A stretch of 62,882 nucleotides of DNA, filler included, from Octopus bimaculoides (Eukaryota): NCBI RefSeq assembly GCF_001194135.2. It is 6 parts of 6 records of this genome, joined end to end, with 100 filler letters (N's around TTAATTAATTAA, not from the genome) between each part and the next. Parts side by side here need not be neighbours in the genome. Positions count along the whole stretch, not along the records: positions 10,635 to 16,726 come from NC_068983.1; positions 16,827 to 27,262 come from NC_068988.1; 4 more parts are not named here. One strand, written 5' to 3'. Of the stretch, positions 12,510 through 24,727 are shown one piece after another. Position numbers and translations under genes: made by a program. Numbering within the stretch: position 1 is the first letter of the stretch; each line of letters starts with the position of its first letter. The notes under the pieces were generated by a model, which did no database searches, was not told the DNA's origin, and worked only from the letters and a program-made list of their open reading frames with translations.

Positions 12510-13318
12510 CATGCTTACGTGTATATATATATAAATATGTCTGTATGTATGCATGCGTATGTATGTGTGTAGTGAGTGTATGTATGTGTGTGCACGTACG
12601 TGTGTGTGAATGTGTGTGCTCGTCCGTGCATGTTTTCAATAAGTATTTAATCACCAGCGGGAATTTACAGTTGTACTTATCCTCTATGCTCGTGATTCAC
12701 ATCCATCTAATACCAGTAATACAATGAGGTTCGTTATGTATTCAAAAAATATTTATTGATCTTCCATGTAAGATATGCAATCGGTATTGGTCGGATTCGT
12801 ATTGGTGAGCGGATAGATCGTAATGAATGTATATTCATGTGAGTGCATACGGATGTACACATATTATGTATGTATACACATACACACACATACATACACA
12901 TATATTGGTGCCCCAGCATAGCCACAGCTTTCAGGCGAAAACGTATAAAACAATAAAAGAATACTATATAAATACAAATATATATACATATATATGTATA
13001 ATCACGTGTATCTATATAGAAGTATACATATATATATATATATATATACATACATATATTTGTATATATATGTATATATATGTGTGTGTGTGTATGTATG
13101 TATAATTTATAGAACATAAATATCGCATTCTAGTATTCAAAATTTATATAGATTTGTAATGTATTATATCGCATATACAGAATATGTATAAGTATATAAA
13201 TAAGTATGCAGAGGAAAGATGGGTGTATGTGTGTATGTGTGTGTGTGTGCACGTCTGTGTGCATGTGTGTGTGTGTGTGCACATATGTCTACATGGAAAT
13301 ATATATATATATCTACAG

Positions 13319-13351
<33 letters not shown>

Positions 13352-13369
13352 CATTTCTTATGCACATTA

Positions 13370-14060
13370 CTAAGATGGCAGCAAAATGCAGACAACTGGC
13401 AGAATGGATACTAAGGTTCTTCAAGACAAGAGACCACGAAGTTATGTTCGCCCTGCGGAGGATCTTTGTTCTCAGCCACCAGGACTGTTGCTCTCAGCTG
13501 TGGTCACCAAGTCGAGCCGAACTAACAGCGGAGCGTGAAGCGGTCCAACATCACTACACTAAAAATACTGTAACGGTGCAGCATATGAACTACAGGGAGA
13601 GGCTGGAAAAACTACGATTTTACTTCCTGGAACAAGGGCGTGACAGATATGTAATAATCGACATATGGAATATTCTGGAAGGGCTTGTACATAATTTCGG
13701 CATGGGGTGTTACACAAATGACAGAACTGGACGCCATTGCCTTGTACCAAACGTACCGTCGATCGTATCTGAAATGAGTAGAAGATACTGCAATAGTTTC
13801 AGAGGTCCACTTCTTTTCAAAGCTCTACCAAAACAGGAAGAAACCTACACAATGTAGACGTGGATGTCTTCTAAAAGCTTCCATATATTCTTCTAACCAC
13901 GAAACCAGATGAACCAACGACCAGGCATGAAGCACAGATGAGGGGACCAGTGGTAAACAACCAGGAGAACAAGTACACGCATAATTTGTGATATGAAATC
14001 TCATCATCCTGAAGACATCATGCTGAAGGCAAAGAATGTTTTTGATACTAACTTCCAAGT
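13370..14060 (+). mobile_element. Decayed CR1/L2-group LINE 3' end
   Basis: ORF 13219-13857 encodes CCSQLWSP...VQHHYTK...NYRERLEKL...DRYVIIDIWNILEGLVHN...SFRGPLLFKALP, the typical post-RT segment. Confidence 0.85.
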
Positions 14061-14158
14061 TTCAGACAGCTAACTCATCGTCGGACTACCTATGTATAAA
14101 AAAAAATGCGTCTATGCCGTTTATATTTCAGTATAGTAATTTCATCAAATGCTAAGCA

Positions 14159-14204
<46 letters not shown>

Positions 14205-14248
14205 TTTATTTAAAAGCAGCAGAAATATAACAAAAAAACCGTTACTCT

Positions 14249-14326
14249 GAGTTTGACGTTCCCGTTCATTGGACAGTTTTGTTAGATTTCTAACAAAACT
14301 GTCCGATGAACGGGAACGTGAAACTC
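14249..14326. repeat. 38-bp inverted repeat with 2-nt spacer (probable inverted PLE pLTR pair)
   Basis: 14249-14286 is the reverse complement of 14289-14326 with 2 mismatches; each arm carries a hammerhead-like core. Confidence 0.85.
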
Positions 14327-14958
14327 NNNNNNNNNNNNNNNNNNNNNNNNNNNNNNNNNNNNNNNNNNNNNNNNNNNNNNNNNNNNNNNNNNNNNNNNNN
14401 NNNNNNNNNNNNNNNNNNNNNNNNNNNNNNNNNNNNNNNNNNNNNNNNNNNNNNNNNNNNNNNNNNNNNNNNNNNNNNNNNNNNNNNNNNNNNNNNNNNN
14501 NNNNNNNNNNNNNNNNNNNNNNNNNNNNNNNNNNNNNNNNNNNNNNNNNNNNNNNNNNNNNNNNNNNNNNNNNNNNNNNNNNNNNNNNNNNNNNNNNNNN
14601 NNNNNNNNNNNNNNNNNNNNNNNNNNNNNNNNNNNNNNNNNNNNNNNNNNNNNNNNNNNNNNNNNNNNNNNNNNNNNNNNNNNNNNNNNNNNNNNNNNNN
14701 NNNNNNNNNNNNNNNNNNNNNNNNNNNNNNNNNNNNNNNNNNNNNNNNNNNNNNNNNNNNNNNNNNNNNNNNNNNNNNNNNNNNNNNNNNNNNNNNNNNN
14801 NNNNNNNNNNNNNNNNNNNNNNNNNNNNNNNNNNNNNNNNNNNNNNNNNNNNNNNNNNNNNNNNNNNNNNNNNNNNNNNNNNNNNNNNNNNNNNNNNNNN
14901 NNNNTCTCACCTCGAAGTTTGCCAGGTTTTTGTCTCTCTCACCAAGGTCATCAGCTGT

Positions 14959-15003
14959 CGGACGCCGACGAAGGGAAATAACCCTGAAATCCGGATACGT
15001 TCG
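14959..15003 (+). ncRNA. Type I hammerhead-ribozyme-like motif (U4C core variant)
   Basis: CGGACG-CCGACGA-AGGG/AAAUAA/CCCU-GAAA-UCCGGA-UA-CGUUCG: 6-bp helix I (one G-U), 4-bp helix II, palindromic AUCCGGAU helix III. Confidence 0.65.
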
Positions 15004-15352
15004 TGCTGCAGATCGAGGTGAGAGGGATAACTTCCCTTGGCAAACAGGACACAGTCGTGTGTCGATAAGCCAGCTAGAGGAGATGTCCTCCTGGGGCTAA
15101 AAGCAACAGTAACATCCACCCCTAGGGTTCAGCCACACTTAAGTGGCAATATACTACACTTTATATATATATATTTATACATATATAGGTATATATGTAT
15201 ACGATACATTATATATATATATATACATACATTCATACATACATATGTATGTATGCATATATAATATATAATATACATGACACATACACACACATACAGA
15301 TATATACATATGTGTGTGCGTGACTGTGTCTGCGTGTGTGTGTGTGTGTGTG

Positions 15353-15398
<46 letters not shown>

Positions 15399-16677
15399 TG
15401 TGTGCATGTATGTATGTATGCATGTATGTATATATGTATGTATGTATGTATGTATGCATGTATTAGACAGAATGAAATGACAAAACCAAGGCTGTGAATT
15501 TTCAGGACATTTATAGTAAAATATATATAATATACATACATACATATACGGTTTATATAAATATATTTGTTTTATTTTATTCTGCTGTGTCTGGGGAGAG
15601 TCATTTTCTTATTGTGCCTTGAAATTCAACACATTCACCGGTAAAATTTCCACTTATTTCTTATTTTTTATTTTCTTAAAATTTTCGTTGCGTCTTGTAA
15701 CCTTTTCAATAGTCTTGACTCTGTCCCTTATTTACGCTGCGTTCTGTTTTTGTTTGTTTGTGTGCATGTGTGTGGGTCAGTGTGTGTGTGTGTGTGTGTG
15801 CGTGTGTGTGTGTGTGTGTATGCCTATGCATGCATGCATGTATGTATGTATGTATGTATGTATGGATGGATGGATGTATGTATGTATGTGTGTGTGTGTG
15901 TGTGGGTGTATGTATATATGTGTCTGAATGCATATGTATATATGTATGTATGTGTGTGCATCTGTATGTATGTATTCTGCATATTCATGTGCATGCGCGT
16001 CCGTGTTTGTGTGTGTGTGTTTTTATGTATGTGTGCGCGTCCGTGTGTTTGTATATGTATGCACCTCTGTCTCCTTGTGTGTGCATGTGTGTGTGTGTGT
16101 GTGTGTGTGTTTGTGTGTGTTTTGCATCTATGTACCGTTTGTATGTATGGATGTGCGTCTCCATATGTGTGGTCACGTGTCTCCATATGTGTCCCTGTGT
16201 GAAGTAAAGTGTGTGTGCGTGTGTGTATATGGTCATGTGTTTCAGTCTCCATTTGCGTATGTGTGCTTGTCTGTTCATATAACCTATGTAACTATCCTTC
16301 TGTATGTTGATCTGTTTATTTTCATATCCATATGCTTACGTACATGTGCATATATACCCACACATACATACATCTATCTACATAACAGCCCACTAACTAT
16401 TCTCCTCTACCTGTGTAAACTGTGGGTATGGGGGTGTGATATCTACTATGATATCTAGTATTTTAGTATGATATCTACGATTTTATTGTTCATATATTAT
16501 AATGCTCAGCTTCATAAAAATTTTATTCTATAATTTGTCATTAAAATCTTCTGTAGAATTTTAGTTCTCCACCTAGAGACGCCCACGCGTGCGTGCGTGC
16601 GTGCGTGTTCATGCATGTGTGTGTGTATGCGTGTGTGCGTGTGCGAGTGTGTGTGCTGTGTGTGTGTGCGTGCGTGC

Positions 16678-16726
<49 letters not shown>

Positions 16727-16826
16727 NNNNNNNNNNNNNNNNNNNNNNNNNNNNNNNNNNNNNNNNNNNNTTAATTAATTAANNNNNNNNNNNNNNNNNN
16801 NNNNNNNNNNNNNNNNNNNNNNNNNN

Positions 16827-16871
<45 letters not shown>

Positions 16872-16999
16872 ATATATATATACATACATGTGTATCTATA
16901 TATACACATCATATAACTAAATGAGTGTGTGTGTGTGTGTGTGCATCACTTAGGTTAGGCTTTAACTAATATTGGCCCAGGACATGTCTAAATCTATTT

Positions 17000-17190
17000 T
17001 AGCATAGTCACAAGTCTTGAAATTTTAGGGGCGGAGTTAAGTCGATTACTTCGACTCCAACGCTCGACTAGTACATATTTATTTATGTTATCAACCGTTA
17101 TAGTATGAAAAGCAAAGTCGACCTCAGCTGAGTTTGAATTCTGAGAGAAAGGCCGAAAAGCATTTTGTCCGGTGTAGTAACGATTCTTAA
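17000..17190 (-). mobile_element. Meta-like SINE, degraded
   Basis: Reverse complement of the 9350 family (aaagcaaagtcgacctcagctgagtttgaattctgag). Confidence 0.7.
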
Positions 17191-17555
17191 TAACACCATC
17201 TAAAAGTAGTGTCCTAATCATGTTTTAGCTCAACATGGACCTCTCGAGCAGACCAGACGTATCTGGGTGTCCGTAGTTTATGTATTACATATTGGTGGTA
17301 GTTATCCATGTGCCGATTGATTATCATTGGGTCTTTCTATGCTTTCTTTATTTGTTTGGTGGGGGAATAATGCTGTATAAGGAAGGGATAGTTATTTCAC
17401 AATATTCTTCAGTCATGAGATATCGATTTTTGTAGGGAGTACATGGCTATGGGACCCAGCCTTGAGTGACTTGTAAACTTCATGTGAGCATCGTTTCAAC
17501 AGCGATGGCACATTGGAAAGTATATATATTCACACACACAAACACACTCATATGC

Positions 17556-17590
<35 letters not shown>

Positions 17591-18424
17591 NNNNNNNNNN
17601 NNNNNNNNNNNNNNNNNNNNNNNNNNNNNNNNNNNNNNNNNNNNNNNNNNNNNNNNNNNNNNNNNNNNNNNNNNNNNNNNNNNNNNNNNNNNNNNNNNNN
17701 NNNNNNNNNNNNNNNNNNNNNNNNNNNNNNNNNNNNNNNNNNNNNNNNNNNNNNNNNNNNNNNNNNNNNNNNNNNNNNNNNNNNNNNNNNNNNNNNNNNN
17801 NNNNNNNNNNNNNNNNNNNNNNNNNNNNNNNNNNNNNNNNNNNNNNNNNNNNNNNNNNNNNNNNNNNNNNNNNNNNNNNNNNNNNNNNNNNNNNNNNNNN
17901 NNNNNNNNNNNNNNNNNNNNNNNNNNNNNNNNNNNNNNNNNNNNNNNNNNNNNNNNNNNNNNNNNNNNNNNNNNNNNNNNNNNNNNNNNNNNNNNNNNNN
18001 NNNNNNNNNNNNNNNNNNNNNNNNNNNNNNNNNNNNNNNNNNNNNNNNNNNNNNNNNNNNNNNNNNNNNNNNNNNNNNNNNNNNNNNNNNNNNNNNNNNN
18101 NNNNNNNNNNNNNNNNNNNNNNNNNNNNNNNNNNNNNNNNNNNNNNNNNNNNNNNNNNNNNNNNNNNNNNNNNNNNNNNNNNNNNNNNNNNNNNNNNNNN
18201 NNNNNNNNNNNNNNNNNNNNNNNNNNNNNNNNNNNNNNNNNNNNNNNNNNNNNNNNNNNNNNNNNNNNNNNNNNNNNNNNNNNNNNNNNNNNNNNNNNNN
18301 NNNNNNNNNNNNNNNNNNNNNNNNNNNNTATATATATATATACTTATATATACACAAATACATAGGTGCATATATATATGTGTATATACTTATGTATATG
18401 TATATCTATCTATCTATCTATCTA

Positions 18425-18475
<51 letters not shown>

Positions 18476-18534
18476 TTATGTATGTATGTATTTATGTATG
18501 TATGTATTTATGTATGTATGTATATGTTCTTTTA

Positions 18535-18745
18535 TTTTTTTTACTTTCTATTTGATTCAGTCATGTGACTGCGGCCATGCTGGAGCACCGCCTTTAGTCG
18601 AACAAATCGACCCCAGGACTTATTCTTTGTAAGCTCAGTACTTATTCTATCGGTCTCTATCCATCTTATTCTATCTATCTGTCAAGCGATGCCGGAGGAC
18701 AAACACGGACACACAAACACACACACACACGCGCGCGCGCGCGCG

Positions 18746-18795
<50 letters not shown>

Positions 18796-18952
18796 CTTCT
18801 TTCAGTTTCCGCCTACCAACCCCACTCACAAGGCTTTGGTCGACCCGAGGGTATGGTAGAGGACACTTGCCCAAGGTGCCACGCAGTGGGATTGAACCCA
18901 GAACCATGTGGTTGGTAAGCATGCTACTTACCACACAGCCACTCCTGCGCCT
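18535..18952 (-). mobile_element. Octopus tRNA-derived SINE (aggcgcaggagtggctgtgtggtaag family), near full length
   Basis: Minus strand head with A/B boxes (gggttcaatcccactgcgtggc), internal (TG)n, 3' end ccagcatggccgcagtcacatgactgaa. Confidence 0.85.
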
Positions 18953-19248
18953 ATATATATNNNNNNNNNNNNNNNNNNNNNNNNNNNNNNNNNNNNNNNN
19001 NNNNNNNNNNNNNNNNNNNNNNNNNNNNNNNNNNNNNNNNNNNNNNNNNNNNNNNNNNNNNNNNNNNNNNNNNNNNNNNNNNNNNNNNNNNNNNNNNNNN
19101 NNNNNNNNNNNNNNNNNNNNNNNNNNNNNNNNNNNNNNNNNNNNNNNNNNNNNNNNNNNNNNNNNNNNNNNNNNNNNNNNNNNNNNNNNNNNNNNNNNNN
19201 NNNNNNNNNNNNNNNNNNNNNNNNNNNNNNNNNNNNNNNNNNNNNNNN

Positions 19249-19313
<65 letters not shown>

Positions 19314-20156
19314 AACAATATATGAGTATATGCATATATATGTACGTGTATGTATATACGTTCATCTACATGTACATATAGATACATAACTGAGTACATG
19401 ACGTGGCAGAAGAACATGGACAAAATGGTAAACAAGGTGCAACAAACAAGCAGGCCACATAGAAACATCTCCTACTACTGCTTCCCCCTTACTTTGTCTA
19501 TCATCACTTCCCCCTCCCTCATTAAATATTGTCTCAAACAAGTTAGAGTGAGTGAGGGAGGGACGGAGGGAGGGGGCGGCTACACTCCTCAGCCGGCGAC
19601 AAACGTTTTCGTTGTATTGTCGATACAAACGTGACCCTGTGAGAGTCCTCGAGCAATTATTACGGGGCCGTTCCCTGGGTCCTTAAGAGGTAATGTCAAT
19701 TGGCAGGGGGTGTTGGGTGTGTATAAGCGTTGGGTCCTTGACATCCCACCATTCATATTCGGCCACTGACCTCCGCCTCTCACTCAAAGTTTTATCTGTT
19801 TTTACCACCTCCAACCACTAACACCATTATCGTCATCACTATTATTTGATTTCTTTTCCTCATACTTCTTGATCATCAGCAATACTACCATTATCATCCC
19901 CACCTTTGTCAATATCGTCATAATCATCGTCACAATCATTATCCTTATCAGCTACAACATTGCTTTCTTCTACATTACCCAACACCATTATAACAATAAA
20001 TAATCAGTCTGAAAATCTATAAATTATCATCCACTATTGCTATTGCTAACTTTCTCTGGTGTTATTGCCAAAGTTGTTCATCTTCTGTGCGCAAAATATC
20101 AAAAAGCACGTCCAGTCTCAGCGTTTCTCGCAATGCTGTTGCTATAAATGTTGCTA

Positions 20157-20822
20157 ATATTAATGTACCTGAAGGCGGTGGGCTTATAGAGTCGTTAGCA
20201 CGCCGGGCGAAATACTTAACGGCATTTCGTATATCTTTACGTTCTGAGGTCAAATTCCGCGATGGTCAACTTAAGCCTTTAATCCCTTTCAGGGTCGATA
20301 AAACAAGTACCTGTTGAACACTGGAGTAGATTTAATTAACTTACCCACTTCCCCAAAATTGCTGGCCCTGTGCCAAAATTTGAAATCAATATTAATCTAC
20401 TTGAGGCGACGAACTTGCAGAATATATAATACTTAGTGATATTTTTCTCCCAACTTTACATTCTAAGATCAAGTTTCTCCAAGGTGGACTTTGCCTTTCA
20501 TCTTTTCGGGATCGATGAAATAATTATCAGTCGAAGACTGCGATCGATATAACCGACTTAACCCTTCTCCCGAACTTCCTTGCCTTGTGCCAAAATTCGA
20601 AACCGATATTAATGTACATGAAGGAAGGCAGAATGGTTAGCAGACCGGGCGAAATGCTTAGTGCCGTTTTGTCCTTCTTTACGTTCTTAGTTCAAATTCT
20701 ACCGGGGCCGACTGTCCTTTCCATCCTTTCGGTATCTATAAAATAAGTAGCAGTTGAGCACTGAAGACGATTTAATCGACTTAGCCCCTCTCTCAATATT
20801 GCTGGCCTTGTGTCAAAATTTT
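20157..20822 (+). mobile_element. Three head-to-tail Meta-like SINE units
   Basis: Units start at 20157, 20389 and 20606, each with atattaat(g/c)tac.tga(a)gg and ending in tgtg.caaaatt. Confidence 0.8.
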
Positions 20823-20923
20823 ATGTTTTTACCACTTCCACTACTACAATCAGTGTACTTGAAGACGGTCAGGAGTCAAAACGATCGTATAACACATATA
20901 TGTATATATATATATATGTATTG

Positions 20924-20955
<32 letters not shown>

Positions 20956-21032
20956 TGTATGTATGTATATATATATATATATATATATACATATATATAT
21001 ACACACACACATATGTATGTATNNNNNNNNNN

Positions 21033-21130
<98 letters not shown>

Positions 21131-21620
21131 CATATATGCATGTATGTATTATATATATCCGATACTCCGATACTGCATTGAGTACACCATATGAGATTAA
21201 TTGACAACGACTAAACCACATTTCGTGAAGACATGAAAATATGTCTTTTACATCTATTTCTGAGGACAGGAAAATGTAGCTCTTACATCTGTTTCTGTTT
21301 TAATCGCAAAAGATATTGCTGTTCCGGCTAGGCTTTTTATTGTGGCTGTTGTTATCAGTAAGTCACCTTACTTGCACATAAAAATAATACTATCGCAGTT
21401 CTAGTCAATGATTTAGCTTGTGTATGTGCAGTCATTCGTGTTGCTATCGATACGATTGCTATTTTTGTGCTAGATACAAATGATCTTGGCAATGATACTA
21501 CTCCCCCCCCCCATCTCTTTGTGGAGTATACCGCCACTACTCTATCCATTCCCATTGTTACAACTAATCTTTTTACAGTTATACTTATGGAAATAACTTC
21601 TACAAATATAGTTCTTGTCT

Positions 21621-21996
21621 TTCTTTTATTCTTTTATTCTTTTACTTGTTTCAGTCATTTGACTGCGGTCATGCTGGAGCACCGCCTTTAGTCGAGAAAA
21701 TCGACCCCAGGACTTATTCTTTGTAAGCCTAGTACTTATTCTATCGGTCTTTTTTTGCCGAACCGCTAGATTACGGGGACGTAAACACACCACCATCGGT
21801 TGTCATGCGATGGTGGGGGGACAAACACAGACACACAAACACACATACGTACATACATATATACATATATACGACGGGCTTCTTTCAGTTTCCGTCTACC
21901 AAATCCACTCACAAGGCTTTGGTTGGCCCGAGGCTGTAGTAGAAGACACTTGCCCAAGTTGCCACGCAGTGGGATTGAACCCGGAACCATGTGGTT
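21621..21996 (-). mobile_element. Octopus tRNA-derived SINE (same family as 18535), slightly 5'-truncated
   Basis: High similarity to 18535-18952 along its length. Confidence 0.9.
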
Positions 21997-22239
21997 GATA
22001 AATCGATTTTTTTATTTTTTTAGCTTGCTTGCTTTCTTGCCTTTTTTTCTATTAGTATTCCAATTGTTGCTATTGGAAATGTTGCGAATGCTGGGTTCGC
22101 AACTGTTGCCATTCCTTCTCTTTGTATGATGATGATGGTAGTCTCTCGTAGTCCGAGAAAGACGGTTCTGCAATTTCTTGCTGAACAACCTGCACAAATG
22201 ATTTCTCCTTAGTGATCAAATGTTTTTCTTTTTTTTTTT

Positions 22240-22437
22240 TTACATTAGCTCACTCCTTCCAACAAGTCAACATTGGCTGAATAGGTGCACAGTGTACAAT
22301 GCGTCAGGTGTCAAAGTGATGGCAGAGCAACATCAAATGAAGTGTTTTGCACAAGAACACAACTCCGGTCCAGAAGTTGAAGCCATGATTTCAAGATCGT
22401 GAGTACAATACCCAAACCACTCGACCATACGCCCTCC
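22240..22437 (-). mobile_element. Degraded tRNA-derived SINE with CORE/V-like segment
   Basis: Minus strand gggcgtatggtcgagtggttt... head followed by gtgttcttgtgcaaaacacttcattt. Confidence 0.5.
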
Positions 22438-22520
22438 ATCCATCCATCCATCCATTCATACAAGCATGCATGCATACATACATACATACATACATACATA
22501 CATACATACATACGTATATA

Positions 22521-22650
22521 CTCTTTACTCTTTCACCCTTTTACTTGTTTCAGTCATTTGACTGCGGCCATGCTGGAGTACTGCCTTTAGCCGAAGAAAT
22601 CAATTTGTAAACCTAGTACTTATTCTACCAGTCTCTTTTACCGAACCGCT
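22521..22650 (-). mobile_element. 3' fragment of the 18535-family SINE
   Basis: ttacttgtttcagtcatttgactgcggccatgctggag...accgaaccgct. Confidence 0.8.
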
Positions 22651-22889
22651 TGGTGGAAGTCGTCCAAATCGACAGAGCAATGCTGAAGAGAGTGGAGGCC
22701 AACTTACCAAGAACGCCTTCAGAAATGCATCAACGAAAACGGACACAACATCATGGATTCTGTTTTTGCACTTAATTTCGACAAATGCTAATTCAATACG
22801 AACAAATTGATGTCAATAAAATTTCTTTGCATCTAAAATTAATGATCTTGTGAATTTTCCCAAAACGTCCGACCTCTCTGCCCACCCTG
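22650..22889 (+). mobile_element. Tc1/mariner-superfamily 3' end with TIR
   Basis: IDRAMLKRVEAN / ERLQKCINENGHNIMDSVF resembles a transposase C-terminus; ends ...ctctctgcccaccctg|TA. Confidence 0.65.
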
Positions 22890-22994
22890 TATATATTTAT
22901 GCATATCGACCCCATCGATTATCTTTTTAAGTCTGGTACTTATTCTGTTGATTTCCGATTAACTAAGTCACGGCAACAAAAATAACTCAACAGA

Positions 22995-23245
22995 AGGGGA
23001 TATTCAGCGTGACACAGTGTGACAAGGCTGACCCTTTGAATTACAGGCACAACAGAAACAAGAAGAAAGAGTGAGAGAAAGTTGTGGTGAAAGAGTACAG
23101 CAGGGTTCGCCACCATCCCCAGCTGGAGCCTCGTGGAGCTTTAGGTGTTTTCGCTCAATAAACACTCACAACGCCCGGTCTGGGAATCGAAACCGCGATC
23201 CTATGACTGCGAGTCCGCTGCCCTAACCACTAGGCCATTGCGCCT
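22995..23245 (-). mobile_element. tRNA-derived SINE 5' half (aggcgcaatggcctagtggttaggg head)
   Basis: Clear A box (tggcctagtgg) and B box (ggtttcgattccc), followed by SINE body. Confidence 0.8.
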
Positions 23246-23607
23246 CCACAAACACACACACACACAGACACACACACATATATATATATATATGTATATA
23301 TATGTATGTATGTATTCATATATTATTTCACAGTAACTAAAATCTTAGAGCTGATTATTTATTTGATTGTATAATGCCACTATAAATTTATCGCAAACAT
23401 CCTGTTGAATGGGTTTTCAATTTCGGCTATGGGCTTGTTCAGCCACCAGAGATGAAGAAATCTACAGCAGAGATTTCGTGTCCCAGTCAACTTGAACTTA
23501 ACACTGTTTTAAATATTTTTGATGCATTAAATATATTTCAGACATCTTTCTCAGTGTGTGCGCACGCACGCGCGTATATGTGTGAGTGAGTGTGCATCTG
23601 TGTGCAA

Positions 23608-23650
<43 letters not shown>

Positions 23651-23802
23651 CGTGTACGTGTGTATGTATATATGAGCGTGACCGTGTAATTATACACACA
23701 TGCACGCATGCACACACACATACCTATTCAGTTTTGTTCTCTCTCTCCCTCTGTCTCTGTCTGTTTGTCTCTTTCTCTTTCCCTCTCTCTCCCTTTCTCT
23801 TC

Positions 23803-23850
<48 letters not shown>

Positions 23851-23882
23851 ACACAAACACACATACATAAATACTTAGATAC

Positions 23883-23967
<85 letters not shown>

Positions 23968-24113
23968 CATATATATATATACATATTATACGGTGTTATT
24001 TATTATAATAATGTATTATATATGTGTATGTATGCGTGTCTCTGTGTATATTTATGTATGTAACGTATACATGCTTATATGCGTGCACATGCATGTCTAT
24101 TTGTATGCATGCA

Positions 24114-24145
<32 letters not shown>

Positions 24146-24454
24146 CATATATATACACATATATATGTATGTATGTATGTGTATCCATCTATACGTATAT
24201 ATGCATGCGTACATGTATATAACTGTATACAAAGCAACTGAATAGGTCTGTCTCGCTGTCTGAGTTATTCAAAGATCGAAACCATTGTTTACTTGGGAAT
24301 ATTCCCACACTATACCTTCGCCAGTACTTCAATATGCAGTCTTTGACTGTTTTCGAACCTACATCCGCTCCTTTCGCCAGAAACGGGCGCCAAACACACC
24401 CGTCATGGGAAATATTTGTAAATCACAGCTAAACACTTTGTCTCTTCGACACCT

Positions 24455-24727
24455 TGGTGTTGTTGTTGTTGTTACTGTGACTGCTGCTACTGATGGTGTT
24501 TTATTGTTATAAATTCTGTTGTTATCCATAATGTTGTTGTTGTTGTTTCTGTTATTGTTATTTCTGGTTTGGTTGTCGTCGTTCGCGTTGTTGTTGTTGT
24601 TGTTGTTGTTGTTACTGTTGGTGGTGGAGGTCGGCTGCTGCTGACGTGCCGTTCGTATTGTTGTACATGGTGTTGTTGTTCTTCCTCATTACTAGTGGTA
24701 GTAGTGGTGGTGGTGGTGGTGGTGGTG
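24455..24727. repeat. Degenerate (GTT)/(GGT)n trinucleotide tract
   Basis: Seen directly. Confidence 0.9.

Noticed and set aside
20157-20822. CRISPR-like or regularly spaced array
   Set aside because: Eukaryotic DNA; the units are ~220-bp SINEs without unique spacers, and there are no cas genes.
24240-24430. Several overlapping open frames in GC-richer sequence
   Set aside because: No adequate splice signals and no recognisable protein; frames open on both strands.
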